From positions 8,751 through 72,750 of the forward strand of contig QHUB01000020.1 of assembly GCA_003221035.1 (NCBI GenBank): a stretch of 64,000 bases of DNA. Reading direction: 5' to 3'. The first letter of the stretch is position 1. Each line of letters opens with the position of its first letter. Of the stretch, positions 43,906 through 53,278 are shown in pieces. The DNA comes from Gemmatimonadota bacterium. Its GTDB lineage: Bacteria; Gemmatimonadota; Gemmatimonadetes; Gemmatimonadales; GWC2-71-9. The notes beneath the pieces were generated by a model that was given only the letters and a program-made list of their open reading frames with translations, did no database searches and was not told the origin of the DNA. The position numbers and the translations under genes are program-made.

Positions 43906-44649
43906 ATGAGCGCCTGCCTCCTGGCCCTGATTGCCGTCGCCCTGTCGTTCCCTATGGTCGCCGCCGCGCAACATCCGCATTGGGAGTACGAGGGAGAACA
44001 CGGGCCGACGCATTGGGGGAGTCTCGATCCCGCGTTCCACGCCTGCGATGCGGGTAAGCACCAATCTCCGATTCCCATCAACGACCCAACGTCCAAGGAC
44101 CTCCCCGCGATCGAGTTTTCCTACCAGGCCACGCCGCTAAAAATCATCGACAACGGGCACACGATTCAGGTGACCTACGCGCCCGGCAGCTTCATCACCG
44201 TGAATCATCACAAGTACGAGCTGCAACAATTTCACTTCCATCATCCAAGCGAAGAGGAAGTGAACGGCAGATCATATCCCGTCGTGGCGCATCTGGTGCA
44301 CAAGGATTCCACCGGAAAGCTTGCCGTGGTCGCCGTGCTGCTCGATGAAGGCAAGGCGAACGAGGTCATCCAGGCCATCTGGACCCACCTCCCGGAAGAG
44401 CAGGGCAAGGAGGTCGAACGCGTCGGCCTGACCGTAGACGCGACGAAACTGCTCCCGGCGAGAGGCGGCTACTACACATTCACCGGATCACTCACGACGC
44501 CGCCGTGCACGGAAGGCGTGACCTGGTTCGTCTTGAAGACCCCGTCGCAAATCTCCGGCGACGAGATCGCCGTGTTCGCAAAGCATTATCCGCACAACGC
44601 TCGGCCACTGCAGGCCGTCAATCGCCGCACGATCGTGATGTCGCACTAG
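43906..44649 (+). CDS. Alpha-class carbonic anhydrase, periplasmic
   Basis: HWEYEG..GP.HWG, QSPI, NGHT, QFHFHHPSE, HLVH, GSLTTPPCTEGV and NARPLQ. GGAGA SD (ATG 43894 is an alternative). Confidence 0.95.
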   Translation: MSACLLALIAVALSFPMVAAAQHPHWEYEGEHGPTHWGSLDPAFHACDAGKHQSPIPINDPTSKDLPAIEFSYQATPLKIIDNGHTIQVTYAPGSFITVNHHKYELQQFHFHHPSEEEVNGRSYPVVAHLVHKDSTGKLAVVAVLLDEGKANEVIQAIWTHLPEEQGKEVERVGLTVDATKLLPARGGYYTFTGSLTTPPCTEGVTWFVLKTPSQISGDEIAVFAKHYPHNARPLQAVNRRTIVMSH

Positions 44650-46208
44650 TTGCGACGTCCTGTCAACCATCCGCTGCGAACCCGGAGCTGTTCAGCCGTC
44701 GCTCCGGGTAGCTCTTCGATCCGCCACGCACCGGAATCAGGCCGCACCAACGTGAGCCCGGCCCAGCCCAGCGCCGTGTCGTAATCCATGTCCTCAGTGC
44801 CGCCGACGTGCCGCTGGAACCAGTCGAACATTTCGACGCCCGCGGCCTCGCTCACGGCGCGCTCGACGTCATCCTCGGTGTACCCGCGCCCCTGCAGGTA
44901 ATAGCTCGCGCTCTTCGCTCCCCAGGAACGCGCCTTGAGATCGTTGAAGGCATCGTCGAGCGACTTGGCGTTGCTCGTCTGATGCCGGATGAACAGATCG
45001 AGGTACAAGGCGATTCCCGCGCCGTGCGTGTAGTAGTCGAAGAAGGTCTCCCGGAAATTCGTCGGCTGCGCCTGCGGCGCGCCGTCCCAGAACGGCGCCA
45101 GCAACGACGCCGTGCGCGCCGACGTGTACTTGCGCCCCGGATCGGTCAGGTTGTCGTTGATGAGTCCGGCCATCCGGCTGTAAAAGGTGGCGGTGTCCTG
45201 GATGCCCGCACGGCGCAACGCGACCTGCCCGTAGTATTGCGTCCATCCCTCCGCCACCCACAGCGACGGCTGATACTGCTCGCGCGTGTAATCGAACGGG
45301 CCGAGCGCGAGCGGCCGCACGCGCTTCACGTTCCAGACGTGGAAGTACTCGTGCGCGGCGGAGCTGATGCCGGGCAGCACGGCGGCCGTATCGGTCCAGG
45401 GGCGGCCGTTCTGGATTTGCGTCGAGTACAGGTGCTCCATTCCGTCGCCGCCGGGAAATCCGATGTTGAACAGAAACGTGTACTGCTGCAGCGGCGGGGG
45501 GCCAAACACCGTGTTCTCGTACTGCACGATGCGTTCGACATTCTTGACGAAGCGCTCGCGCGTTCCCGGGGGCGTCGGCCCATTGTGGTGGACCATGATG
45601 CGGTAGCTCCGATTATCCACGACGAACGAATCCATCGTGAACGCGGCTGCCGGCGCGACCTCGGTCGGCGTATCGATCAGGAGGTCGTAATTGGGAAAAT
45701 CGAAATGGTGCTGGCCCGCCGACTTCACGTCGCCGTTCATGATCGACCAGCCGTCCGGCGGCGTGACATCGAGGGAAACCGGGGCCTGTTTGCGGCCCTC
45801 GACATAGAGGAACAGCGACGCGCCGTTCCAGTTGGCGTGCGCGCTGTCCAGGTGTGAAAACGTGCCGGACATCGGCGCGTCGGCGAACACGCGGTAACTC
45901 ACGGTGACGCTGTGGTTCGCCCCGGGGATGATTCGCCACAGCGAGCCGCTGACCCGATCCCACAACACCGGCCTGCCGTTGGGCGCCGTCACCGCGAAGT
46001 CCTGTACGTTCTTGGCGAAATCCATGCGGCCATAGCGGCCGGGAGACCAGACCGGCATCTGGAGATTGACGGGCTTCGAGCCCAGGTCCCGCAGTGTCAG
46101 CGTGATCGCGAACAGGTGCGATCCGGGGTCGGGCATCGCGATGGTGTACGCGATTTTGGGCGGCGCCTGAATCGTGAGACTCGAGATGAGCAGCAGTTGC
46201 GTGATCAC
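44646..46208 (-). CDS. M61 glycyl aminopeptidase-like metallopeptidase
   Basis: MPVWSPGRY, GMEH, HEYFHVWNVKR and LWVAEGWTQYY. Confidence 0.92.
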   Translation of the reverse strand: MITQLLLISSLTIQAPPKIAYTIAMPDPGSHLFAITLTLRDLGSKPVNLQMPVWSPGRYGRMDFAKNVQDFAVTAPNGRPVLWDRVSGSLWRIIPGANHSVTVSYRVFADAPMSGTFSHLDSAHANWNGASLFLYVEGRKQAPVSLDVTPPDGWSIMNGDVKSAGQHHFDFPNYDLLIDTPTEVAPAAAFTMDSFVVDNRSYRIMVHHNGPTPPGTRERFVKNVERIVQYENTVFGPPPLQQYTFLFNIGFPGGDGMEHLYSTQIQNGRPWTDTAAVLPGISSAAHEYFHVWNVKRVRPLALGPFDYTREQYQPSLWVAEGWTQYYGQVALRRAGIQDTATFYSRMAGLINDNLTDPGRKYTSARTASLLAPFWDGAPQAQPTNFRETFFDYYTHGAGIALYLDLFIRHQTSNAKSLDDAFNDLKARSWGAKSASYYLQGRGYTEDDVERAVSEAAGVEMFDWFQRHVGGTEDMDYDTALGWAGLTLVRPDSGAWRIEELPGATAEQLRVRSGWLTGRRN

Positions 46209-46232
46209 GCGAGCGCTCCCCCCTCCCCCCCG

Positions 46233-47219
46233 TCAGACCAGGTGAATGTCTTCCGTCCGAAACCGGGCGTGCAGCTGCTTGATGAACTCGTGCTGGATGA
46301 GATGCTGGTCCGCGATTTCTCGGCCGCGCAGCACCACGGTGAAGGCGACGCCGGGTTTGCTGAACGCGCTGAAGCGCACGAACGGTTTGAATCCATCCAC
46401 GCCTCCCGCCACCTGGTTCATGACCGCCTGCGCGACGTCGAGGGAGATCGCCTCGACGCGCCCGAGATCGGTGTCGTTCACCACCGTGACGGGGACGAGC
46501 ACCGCCATCTCCATCGCCGGCAGATAGTAGTTGGTCAGCGTGGTGCCCGCGAGCTTGGAATTCGGAACGATCGTCAGGTTATTGGAAAGTTGGCGTATCG
46601 TGGTGTACCGCCACGTCACATCCTGGATGTAGCCTTCCTCGCCGGTCGCGAGCTGGACGTAGTCGCCGGGACGCACCTGCCGCGACGAGAGGATATGAAT
46701 CCCTGCGAAAAAGTTTGCGAGCGTATCCTGCAGCGCGAGCCCGATCGCCAGGCCGCCGATGCCGAGCGCGGTGAGCGCGGGCGTGATCGATACGCCGAAC
46801 GTCTGCAGAATGATGAGCACGCCGATCGTGATGATCACGAGCCGCGCGACGTTCACGAGCAGCGTGGCCGAGGCGAGCGAGCCACGCAGCGGCCCCGACA
46901 GATGCGAGACGATGGCGCCCACGAGCCGCGCGACCGACCAGCTGATCGACAGCACCAGCAACACGAACAGCGTGTGCCGGATGCCCAGCGTCAACCGGTT
47001 CGGTGTCTCGAGCACTTCGAGCGCCAGGAACAGACCGGCCGCCGCACACCACAAGACCGTCGGGCCGCGCAGCAGCGCGTAGAGATAATCGCCGAGCCAG
47101 GAGCGGCGGCGCCGCCCGCCCGGAAACATCACGTATTGGAGAATGAGACCGACGATGGCACCGCCGACCGCGAACGCAGCCGGCGGCCACACCGTCTTCA
47201 ATACGGCAGGATCGATCAA
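46233..47219 (-). CDS. MscS-family mechanosensitive channel
   Basis: LGIGGLAIGLALQDTLANFFAG, PGDYV and VPNSKL; TTG start overlapping the stop of the PfpI gene. Confidence 0.92.
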   Translation of the reverse strand: MIDPAVLKTVWPPAAFAVGGAIVGLILQYVMFPGGRRRRSWLGDYLYALLRGPTVLWCAAAGLFLALEVLETPNRLTLGIRHTLFVLLVLSISWSVARLVGAIVSHLSGPLRGSLASATLLVNVARLVIITIGVLIILQTFGVSITPALTALGIGGLAIGLALQDTLANFFAGIHILSSRQVRPGDYVQLATGEEGYIQDVTWRYTTIRQLSNNLTIVPNSKLAGTTLTNYYLPAMEMAVLVPVTVVNDTDLGRVEAISLDVAQAVMNQVAGGVDGFKPFVRFSAFSKPGVAFTVVLRGREIADQHLIQHEFIKQLHARFRTEDIHLV

Positions 47220-47800
47220 CTCTCCCAGCCGCGGCGATTGGAACCCGCGGGCGCGTGCACGCCCTCGCCGAACTCTTCGATCATCTTCTTGTTGAAGGCC
47301 GGGATGTCGTCCGGCTTGCGGCTGGTGACGAGACCGTTGTCCGTGACCACCTGCTCGTCCACCCAGTTGGCGCCGGCGTTCTTGAGATCGGTCTTGAGCG
47401 ACGGCCACGACGTGAGCTTCCTGCCGCGCACCGCATCCGCTTCAATCAGGATCCATGGCGCGTGACAGATCGCCGCCACCGGCTTGCCGGCTGTGACGAA
47501 GGCGCGCACGAATTCGACCGCGCGCGGCTCCATGCGGATCGAGTCCGCATTGATCACCCCGCCGGGTAACAGCAGGGCGTCGAAGTCGTCGGGCTTCGCC
47601 TGTTCGAGTGCGACGTCCACCCGGACCGTCTCACCCCAGTGATCTTTTTCCCACGCCTTGATCTGCCCGCTCTTGGGCGAGATCACCTTCGTCTCCGCAC
47701 CCTCGGCGTCGAGCGCCTTGCGGGGCTCGATCAGCTCCGCACGCTCGAAACCATCGGTGGCGAGGATTGCGACTCGGGTGTTCTTCAGTTTGTCTGCCAT
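47216..47800 (-). CDS. PfpI/YhbO (DJ-1 family) intracellular protease/deglycase
   Basis: ATDGFE, LLPGG, AAICHAPW and TSRKPDD. Confidence 0.93.
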   Translation of the reverse strand: MADKLKNTRVAILATDGFERAELIEPRKALDAEGAETKVISPKSGQIKAWEKDHWGETVRVDVALEQAKPDDFDALLLPGGVINADSIRMEPRAVEFVRAFVTAGKPVAAICHAPWILIEADAVRGRKLTSWPSLKTDLKNAGANWVDEQVVTDNGLVTSRKPDDIPAFNKKMIEEFGEGVHAPAGSNRRGWES

Positions 47801-47881
47801 GCCTTTCTCCTTTTGAAATCGGCATGGCCACGTACACCTGCTCGACGGAGACGTTCTGCGGAACCTGGAACGAGGATTAAT

Positions 47882-49894
47882 TCACTTCATCCACACTTCG
47901 ATGACGCCGCCGGTATGGCCTGAACCGTAGCGCTGCTGCGCTTCGCCGGCGGTGAGGAACCGCAGCACCCGCACGTTCATGATCTGAAAATCCCGTAACC
48001 GGCTGACGTCCCCCGTCAGGATGCCGCCGTTGAGCGCGACGTGGACCTCGCCCGCGCTCTGGTCATATATGCTGGTCCGTCCGCGCGTGACCAGCCAGTT
48101 GGGCCGGAATTGCTGGATGAGGGACAGGACATCGGTTGCCGACGTGCCTTCGTACTCCGCGGGGTCGAGGACGTTCTGATTGTGCGACGCGGCGCGGCGG
48201 CGCTCCGCGCTGGCTCGGAAGGCCGCAGTGTCGTTCCCTGCCGGAATGATCGTCGGCGGCGTGTTTGGCGCTGCTAGCGGCGGAGGCGGAGGCGGGGGCG
48301 CCTTCGCAATGGGACCGGTCGGTGCGATCGCTCCGGTCCGCACGTCGATGACACCGCCCTCATGACCGGCACCGAAGCGCAGCTGCGCTTCACTCCCGGT
48401 GAAGAAGCGAATCTCGCGAATCTCTTGTGCGGGGATCTCGCGCAGCCGGCTCAGCTCTCCGAACTGCTGACCGTTGAGATAGACCTGCACGTTTCCGGCA
48501 GTCGGATCATGAATGCTGATCGTGCCGCGGCTGCGCATCCACATGGGCCGCAGCTCTTGCACGATCGAGTAGGCGTCGGTCGCGGTCGTGCCCTGCACAT
48601 CTTCCTGCGTGATGAGATTGGTGTTATGTGACTTGGAGCGCGCCGCTATGACTGCGGCCGCCGGCACAATCGTATCCGGAGCACTCCCGGAGGAGGCAGG
48701 AGACACTGCGGCCGGCGCCGCTCCCATCCCAACCGGTTGCGGCGCGGGATCTGTTGCGGCGGCCATCACGCTCGCGCTCGTTGCGGCGACGCTCGCCAGT
48801 GCCGCGGCCAGCGAGTCGGAGCGATACACGACGGCGCCGCCGCGAGTCTTGATCTCCACCGCATTCCCGCCGGTCTCGATGAATCCCACCACCTCCGGCG
48901 CGGTCCCCATGGCCATCGGGCGCTGCTTCAGCACGGCGAGCGGCATCCGGATCGCCCAGTTGTGCACGATCCACGTGCCTGACGGCAACCGCAGGAACTC
49001 GATTCGCCCACCCGCCCTGGGCGCGACGAGATCCTCCGGCAGCCGCGTGTACGTGTAGTCGACGAAACGCAGCTCGGCGGTCTTTCGGTCGATCCAGAGC
49101 GTCCCTGCAATGTCGGAGAGGGTTCGGCCCTTCGCCGGTGTGAATGCCAGGCCGACCAAGTGGTCCGTTTCATCCCGGCCCTGTTTCGTCTCGAAGCAGT
49201 GTGTCCGCAGGAACGGAGTGCTGACCAGGACGTCGGCATCCGGACCGCGATAGATCCAGCCGGCACCCTCTCCTGCGGAAATGACGAAGCCCTGCGCCTC
49301 GAGCTCCTCGGGCGGCGCGCTCTTGACGGGCACCAGCCGGTACCCGGCGTCGCGCCACGTCGAATCCGCGCCCTTGCGACGGCCACTCGCGGTCAACTCG
49401 CGCTGGAAATGCGCCAGGTCGTACCAGTAGTTCGGGAGTCGAGACGTCCATGCCACCGCCGCGAGCGCCTCGTGAATCTCATCCCAGAGTGCCGCCACCG
49501 ACGCGCCGCCGACGAGGTCGCATTGCCGTTCGCCCTCCACGACGACGCTGGCCAACGCCACCGGGATCGGATGGACCATCGCCTGGAAGGAGACGACGTC
49601 CGTGCCTTGCAACGTGAGGGGTGCAGAGACATAGGGGCGGAACCCGATTCGTTTCGAGCGCAGCCGGTAGCTTCCGGGTGCGGGTGCCGTCAGCAGGAAT
49701 TCGCCGGCGGCGTTCGTGATGGCGCGCGCGCGTTCGGCGCCCTGGTCGTCGATGAGGGTGACGAACGCGTCCGGAATCGACGCCCGCGTGAGGCTATCGG
49801 TCAGTTGTCCGCGCACGCTTTGCGCCGCCACGAGTACGGGCAGAGCCAGCAGGCACACCGTCGGGACGAGGGCTAGCTTTTTTGCTCCCACCAT
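47882..49894 (-). CDS. Exported protein: carboxypeptidase-regulatory-like domain, central domain and two TonB-receptor plug-like repeats
   Basis: SVRGQLTDS...GSYRL...IGF; two copies of I...D....ATD....Q..RP.W...RG...V.LNG...L.........RF....EAQ.R.G.GH.GGVI.V. Confidence 0.7.
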   Translation of the reverse strand: MVGAKKLALVPTVCLLALPVLVAAQSVRGQLTDSLTRASIPDAFVTLIDDQGAERARAITNAAGEFLLTAPAPGSYRLRSKRIGFRPYVSAPLTLQGTDVVSFQAMVHPIPVALASVVVEGERQCDLVGGASVAALWDEIHEALAAVAWTSRLPNYWYDLAHFQRELTASGRRKGADSTWRDAGYRLVPVKSAPPEELEAQGFVISAGEGAGWIYRGPDADVLVSTPFLRTHCFETKQGRDETDHLVGLAFTPAKGRTLSDIAGTLWIDRKTAELRFVDYTYTRLPEDLVAPRAGGRIEFLRLPSGTWIVHNWAIRMPLAVLKQRPMAMGTAPEVVGFIETGGNAVEIKTRGGAVVYRSDSLAAALASVAATSASVMAAATDPAPQPVGMGAAPAAVSPASSGSAPDTIVPAAAVIAARSKSHNTNLITQEDVQGTTATDAYSIVQELRPMWMRSRGTISIHDPTAGNVQVYLNGQQFGELSRLREIPAQEIREIRFFTGSEAQLRFGAGHEGGVIDVRTGAIAPTGPIAKAPPPPPPPLAAPNTPPTIIPAGNDTAAFRASAERRRAASHNQNVLDPAEYEGTSATDVLSLIQQFRPNWLVTRGRTSIYDQSAGEVHVALNGGILTGDVSRLRDFQIMNVRVLRFLTAGEAQQRYGSGHTGGVIEVWMK

Positions 49895-50586
49895 CTGTAC
49901 CTCTGCGGTTCAAGCTTGTTGAGGCGGTACAGGTTTCTGGCGAACCGTCCCACGAACAGCGCCACCATGCCCGCAAGGATCACGCCGAGCGTCCAGTTCG
50001 CCACGACGTCGATCGGAACGGGCAGCGGCGAGGGCCAGCCCGTGGTGACAATCGCCACCGTATTAAGGAAGACGAGAATCAGCCGCACTTCGGTCGGACC
50101 GATCCGGCCGTACGAGATCTTGAAGACGCCAAAGACCGTGGACTCGAGGTAGACGTTGATCGACATCGCGAGATAGACCACCACGACGGCGAGTGCGAGG
50201 CCGAGGTAGACGTAGGGCGACAGGCCGAGTCCCAGGCCGATGATCATGGTCGAGTAGGCGTCCACGACGTGATCGAGGTAGTAGCCGTACTTGGGGCGCT
50301 GGGTCTCGCGCACGCGCGCGAGCGTGCCGTCGAGACTGTCCCCCAGCCAATTGACCACCAGCATGGCGCTGGCCATCCAGAGCCACGCGTGACTGTAGTT
50401 GGTGAGCGCGTAGGCAATACCGGTGCCCGTCGCGCCGATCACGCCCAGGCCGGTGAGGTGGTTCGAGCGGATTCGCCGCGGCACCCGCTGGGCGAGCCAC
50501 ACGAGGACCGGCTTTTCCCAGCGGGCGAGCAGGAACGTCAGCTCCCGCTGACCGCCCCCTCGTCCTGATTCAGCGTTAGCCGTCAC
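49873..50586 (-). CDS. CDP-alcohol phosphatidyltransferase family protein
   Basis: DSLDGTLAR...GYYLDHVVD signature; TM helices. Confidence 0.92.
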   Translation of the reverse strand: MTANAESGRGGGQRELTFLLARWEKPVLVWLAQRVPRRIRSNHLTGLGVIGATGTGIAYALTNYSHAWLWMASAMLVVNWLGDSLDGTLARVRETQRPKYGYYLDHVVDAYSTMIIGLGLGLSPYVYLGLALAVVVVYLAMSINVYLESTVFGVFKISYGRIGPTEVRLILVFLNTVAIVTTGWPSPLPVPIDVVANWTLGVILAGMVALFVGRFARNLYRLNKLEPQRYRWWEQKS

Positions 50587-52901
50587 TAATGCCAGCCCTC
50601 CGTCTTCACCTCGGCAAGCACCGACTCCAGCGGATTCAATTGCACCTCGGTCGGCTCGGCGGGCAGCCGAATCCGGGTCTCCGACGTCGGACCGCGGACG
50701 GCGATTCGGACGAGCGCCTCGCCCTGCGCGAACTTGATCAGCACCGGCACGTACATCGAGAAGCCGTCCGGGACGTCGCTCTGCCGTACCCGCATACGCA
50801 GCGCGCGTCCGTTGCCGCCGCTGTCAGGTTCGGTCGTCCAGGAGAAGGTATACGTCGGGACCGCGGTGCCATAGACCCATTCGTTGAAGAACCAGTCCAT
50901 CGGTTGTCCGACGTGGCGCTCCACGACCTTCTGGAAATCGTCGGTGGTCGCCCGCTTGCCGCGGTAGCTCGTGTAAAAGTCGTGCATCGTGGCGACGAAG
51001 CGGTCTTCGCTCATGGTATGCGTGTCGAGCAGCATATTCCGCAGCATGTGCAGGACCCACGCGCCCTTCTCGTAGGTGATCAGCTGATAGTCGCCGCGCC
51101 AGCTGTCCGCGGCGCGCGTGCCGATGCCCAGCGGGGCCGCCTTCGTACGCTCCCGTCGGATGACCTCGCGCGAATTCTTCAGGGCTTTCAGGTACTTGTC
51201 GTTGTCGTGCAGGATCATCTGCATGTACCACATGCCCGAGAACTCGGAGAATCCCTCCGAGAGCCAGCGGTCGCGGTATCCGGCGGGTTCGACGCCGATC
51301 CCCCACCACTGATGCGCCATCTCGTGCGCCCGAAAGATCTCGTCTTCGCCGTCGGTCGAGAGTCCGAGGAATGTGGTAAACGAGAGGTGGATCATGCCGG
51401 GAAAGGCTTCGCCGTGGAAGTACGGGATTTCCGTCGCCACATACTGATGGAACAGCGGCGGGCCGTACATCTGCGTGAAGAAGGAGAGGCTGTTCGCGAC
51501 GTCCGCGCCGACCATATCCGCGGGATTGCGCGCCGACGGAATGAAGCGGTGGATGGCGGCGTGCGCATCGGTGTTGACATGCACCGTCACCGGCGGGATC
51601 CGCGGGTCTTTGATGTCGATCTCGTCGAAGTGGCCGATGTTGAACGAGATGTTTCGCGCCGGCCGCTCGCTCACCCAGTGCGTCGTGGTCACGTCGCCGG
51701 TCGTCGAGGAATCGGCCAGCTGGCCGATGGCCGCGAATTTCAGCTTGCGCGGCGTGTGGAATGTCATCGTCACCGGGACGCTCTGCACGAAGCTGTAGCG
51801 CGGGAACCAGGTGCTCGACGACTTGATGTAGGCCCACTGGTCGAGCGTCGTGGCGAGCGAGCGCTCGGACTGATCGAACCACGGCGGGATGATATCGTCG
51901 AGTGTCGAGCCGAAGCCGATCAGGTTGCCGTGATAGACGAAGCGCAGGTCGAGGGTGTCGCCGCCGGCGAGCGGTTTGGGGAAGCGCACCCAGAGCTCGC
52001 CTTCATCCTTCTTGCGATGGAACGTGAGCGGTGTGCCGTCTTTGGTCGTGATGGAGTCGACTTCGAGCTCGCCGTAGAGTCCGAAGTCGGCCCACTGGAG
52101 CGGAAAGCGTCCCGGACGTCCCACGACGCGCTCGTTCGCTTTGCCCGCGTACTTGTAGTTGTTGTCGATGCTCGCTTCGAGATCGTAGTTGACCGCGATG
52201 AGCGCGTCGGGTTGCTCGTCGGCCACCGAGAGGCCTTTCACGATCTCGTTCGCGCTCTGGAATTGGCAGACGACCTCGGTGCGCTGTCCGGGCATGTGGC
52301 CGCGCCGCAGCAGGAAGACTTCTTCGGCGTAGGCGGGATCGTACTGGATCATCACGCTCTCGCCCTTCTGGCGCTTGACGTAGGCGGCGAAGTAGCCGGT
52401 GTTCGTGGCGTTGAGCGCCGCGATGAGCAGACTTTCATCGGCGCTGTGCGCGCTTTTCTCCATGACGTAATCGAGCGCGGCGTCGATCGCGGCGCTCGGA
52501 TCCGGCGCGTTGCCCGGTGCGGGACCGAATTTCAGCGAACGCGCGAGCTCGGTGCCGGTCGAGTCGGCGAACAGGAACACCGCCGCGGTGATGGGTCCAT
52601 TGATCGTCGTGTCGCCCATGACGCGTTTGAGATTGAACTGCTCGACTACGAGCGGCGGCGCGAAGGACAGTGATCCCGAGCCGACGTACGCGATGCCGAT
52701 GGGACGGCCGCCGACGGGCGTGAGCTGGAAGGCAAAGCCGTCGTCGAGCCGCAGCTCCATCACATCGCGGCGGAGCACCACGCCGTGGACGGCCGCGACC
52801 CCGTTGGGCAGGGTAGCAAGGTTTTTCAGTTGATCGTAGACTGTGTCGTAGGGCGTCTGGACGGCGCTGAGTGCGACAAACAATGCGACGACGGCGTGCA
52901 T
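50586..52901 (-). CDS. M1 family aminopeptidase, exported
   Basis: AHEMAHQWWG...WLSEGFSE and YEKGAWVLHMLR; GGAGG SD before ATG 52901. Confidence 0.9.
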   Translation of the reverse strand: MHAVVALFVALSAVQTPYDTVYDQLKNLATLPNGVAAVHGVVLRRDVMELRLDDGFAFQLTPVGGRPIGIAYVGSGSLSFAPPLVVEQFNLKRVMGDTTINGPITAAVFLFADSTGTELARSLKFGPAPGNAPDPSAAIDAALDYVMEKSAHSADESLLIAALNATNTGYFAAYVKRQKGESVMIQYDPAYAEEVFLLRRGHMPGQRTEVVCQFQSANEIVKGLSVADEQPDALIAVNYDLEASIDNNYKYAGKANERVVGRPGRFPLQWADFGLYGELEVDSITTKDGTPLTFHRKKDEGELWVRFPKPLAGGDTLDLRFVYHGNLIGFGSTLDDIIPPWFDQSERSLATTLDQWAYIKSSSTWFPRYSFVQSVPVTMTFHTPRKLKFAAIGQLADSSTTGDVTTTHWVSERPARNISFNIGHFDEIDIKDPRIPPVTVHVNTDAHAAIHRFIPSARNPADMVGADVANSLSFFTQMYGPPLFHQYVATEIPYFHGEAFPGMIHLSFTTFLGLSTDGEDEIFRAHEMAHQWWGIGVEPAGYRDRWLSEGFSEFSGMWYMQMILHDNDKYLKALKNSREVIRRERTKAAPLGIGTRAADSWRGDYQLITYEKGAWVLHMLRNMLLDTHTMSEDRFVATMHDFYTSYRGKRATTDDFQKVVERHVGQPMDWFFNEWVYGTAVPTYTFSWTTEPDSGGNGRALRMRVRQSDVPDGFSMYVPVLIKFAQGEALVRIAVRGPTSETRIRLPAEPTEVQLNPLESVLAEVKTEGWH

Positions 52902-52942
52902 GCAGACCTCCAACGTGAAAGGAGGGGCTAACCCTGATGGCA

Positions 52943-53025
52943 CGGAGGGCACAGGATTCGAACCTGTAAGGGCTTGCGCCCGCCGGTTTTCAAGACCGGT
53001 GCCTTAGCCATTCGGCCAGCCCTCC
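52943..53025 (-). tRNA. tRNA-Ser(TGA)
   Basis: GGAGGGC acceptor, CCGGT-CTTGAAA-ACCGG anticodon arm, GGGC-GCAA-GCCC variable arm and CAGGTTCGAATCCTG T-arm. Confidence 0.95.
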
Positions 53026-53122
53026 AACGCCTGTAACCTACTCGCCGGTCTGCGTGTCCCAAAGCGAAATTGTGACGTTTCGCGCGGCTCTTGCCGGCCT
53101 CGCGAATTTCGGTGTATGTTCG

Positions 53123-53240
53123 GGTCCCTTAAGCGTTACACGATCGGGACCGGCGAATGTCGATTTCCCGCGTTCTCTTTCGACGTATTAGCAGCGCAGA
53201 TCTGGAACTCGCGCCTGAGCGGTCCCGTTACGTGAGGGAC
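53123..53240. ncRNA. Candidate structured RNA (unassigned) upstream of the RND operon
   Basis: Nested complementary segments GTCCCTTA/TGAGGGAC and CGGGACCG/CGGTCCCG enclose two hairpins; no family recognised. Confidence 0.3.
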
Positions 53241-53278
53241 TGTCCGGCCGAATCATTTTCCTGGGAAAATTTTCGCAT

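Noticed and set aside
43906-44649. Carbonic anhydrase as part of the Cyc2 system
   Set aside because: It is separated by a terminator-like hairpin and a tRNA and has its own promoter-like sequence; only proximity supports a link.
43715-53025. Genomic island bounded by two tRNA-Ser sequences
   Set aside because: Both are complete tRNAs with different anticodons, not an att duplication. There is no integrase and the cargo looks like ordinary chromosomal genes.
53123-53240. 6S RNA or a known riboswitch
   Set aside because: Shorter than typical 6S RNA and branched; I could not match the conserved motifs of riboswitches I know. Kept only as an unassigned candidate.
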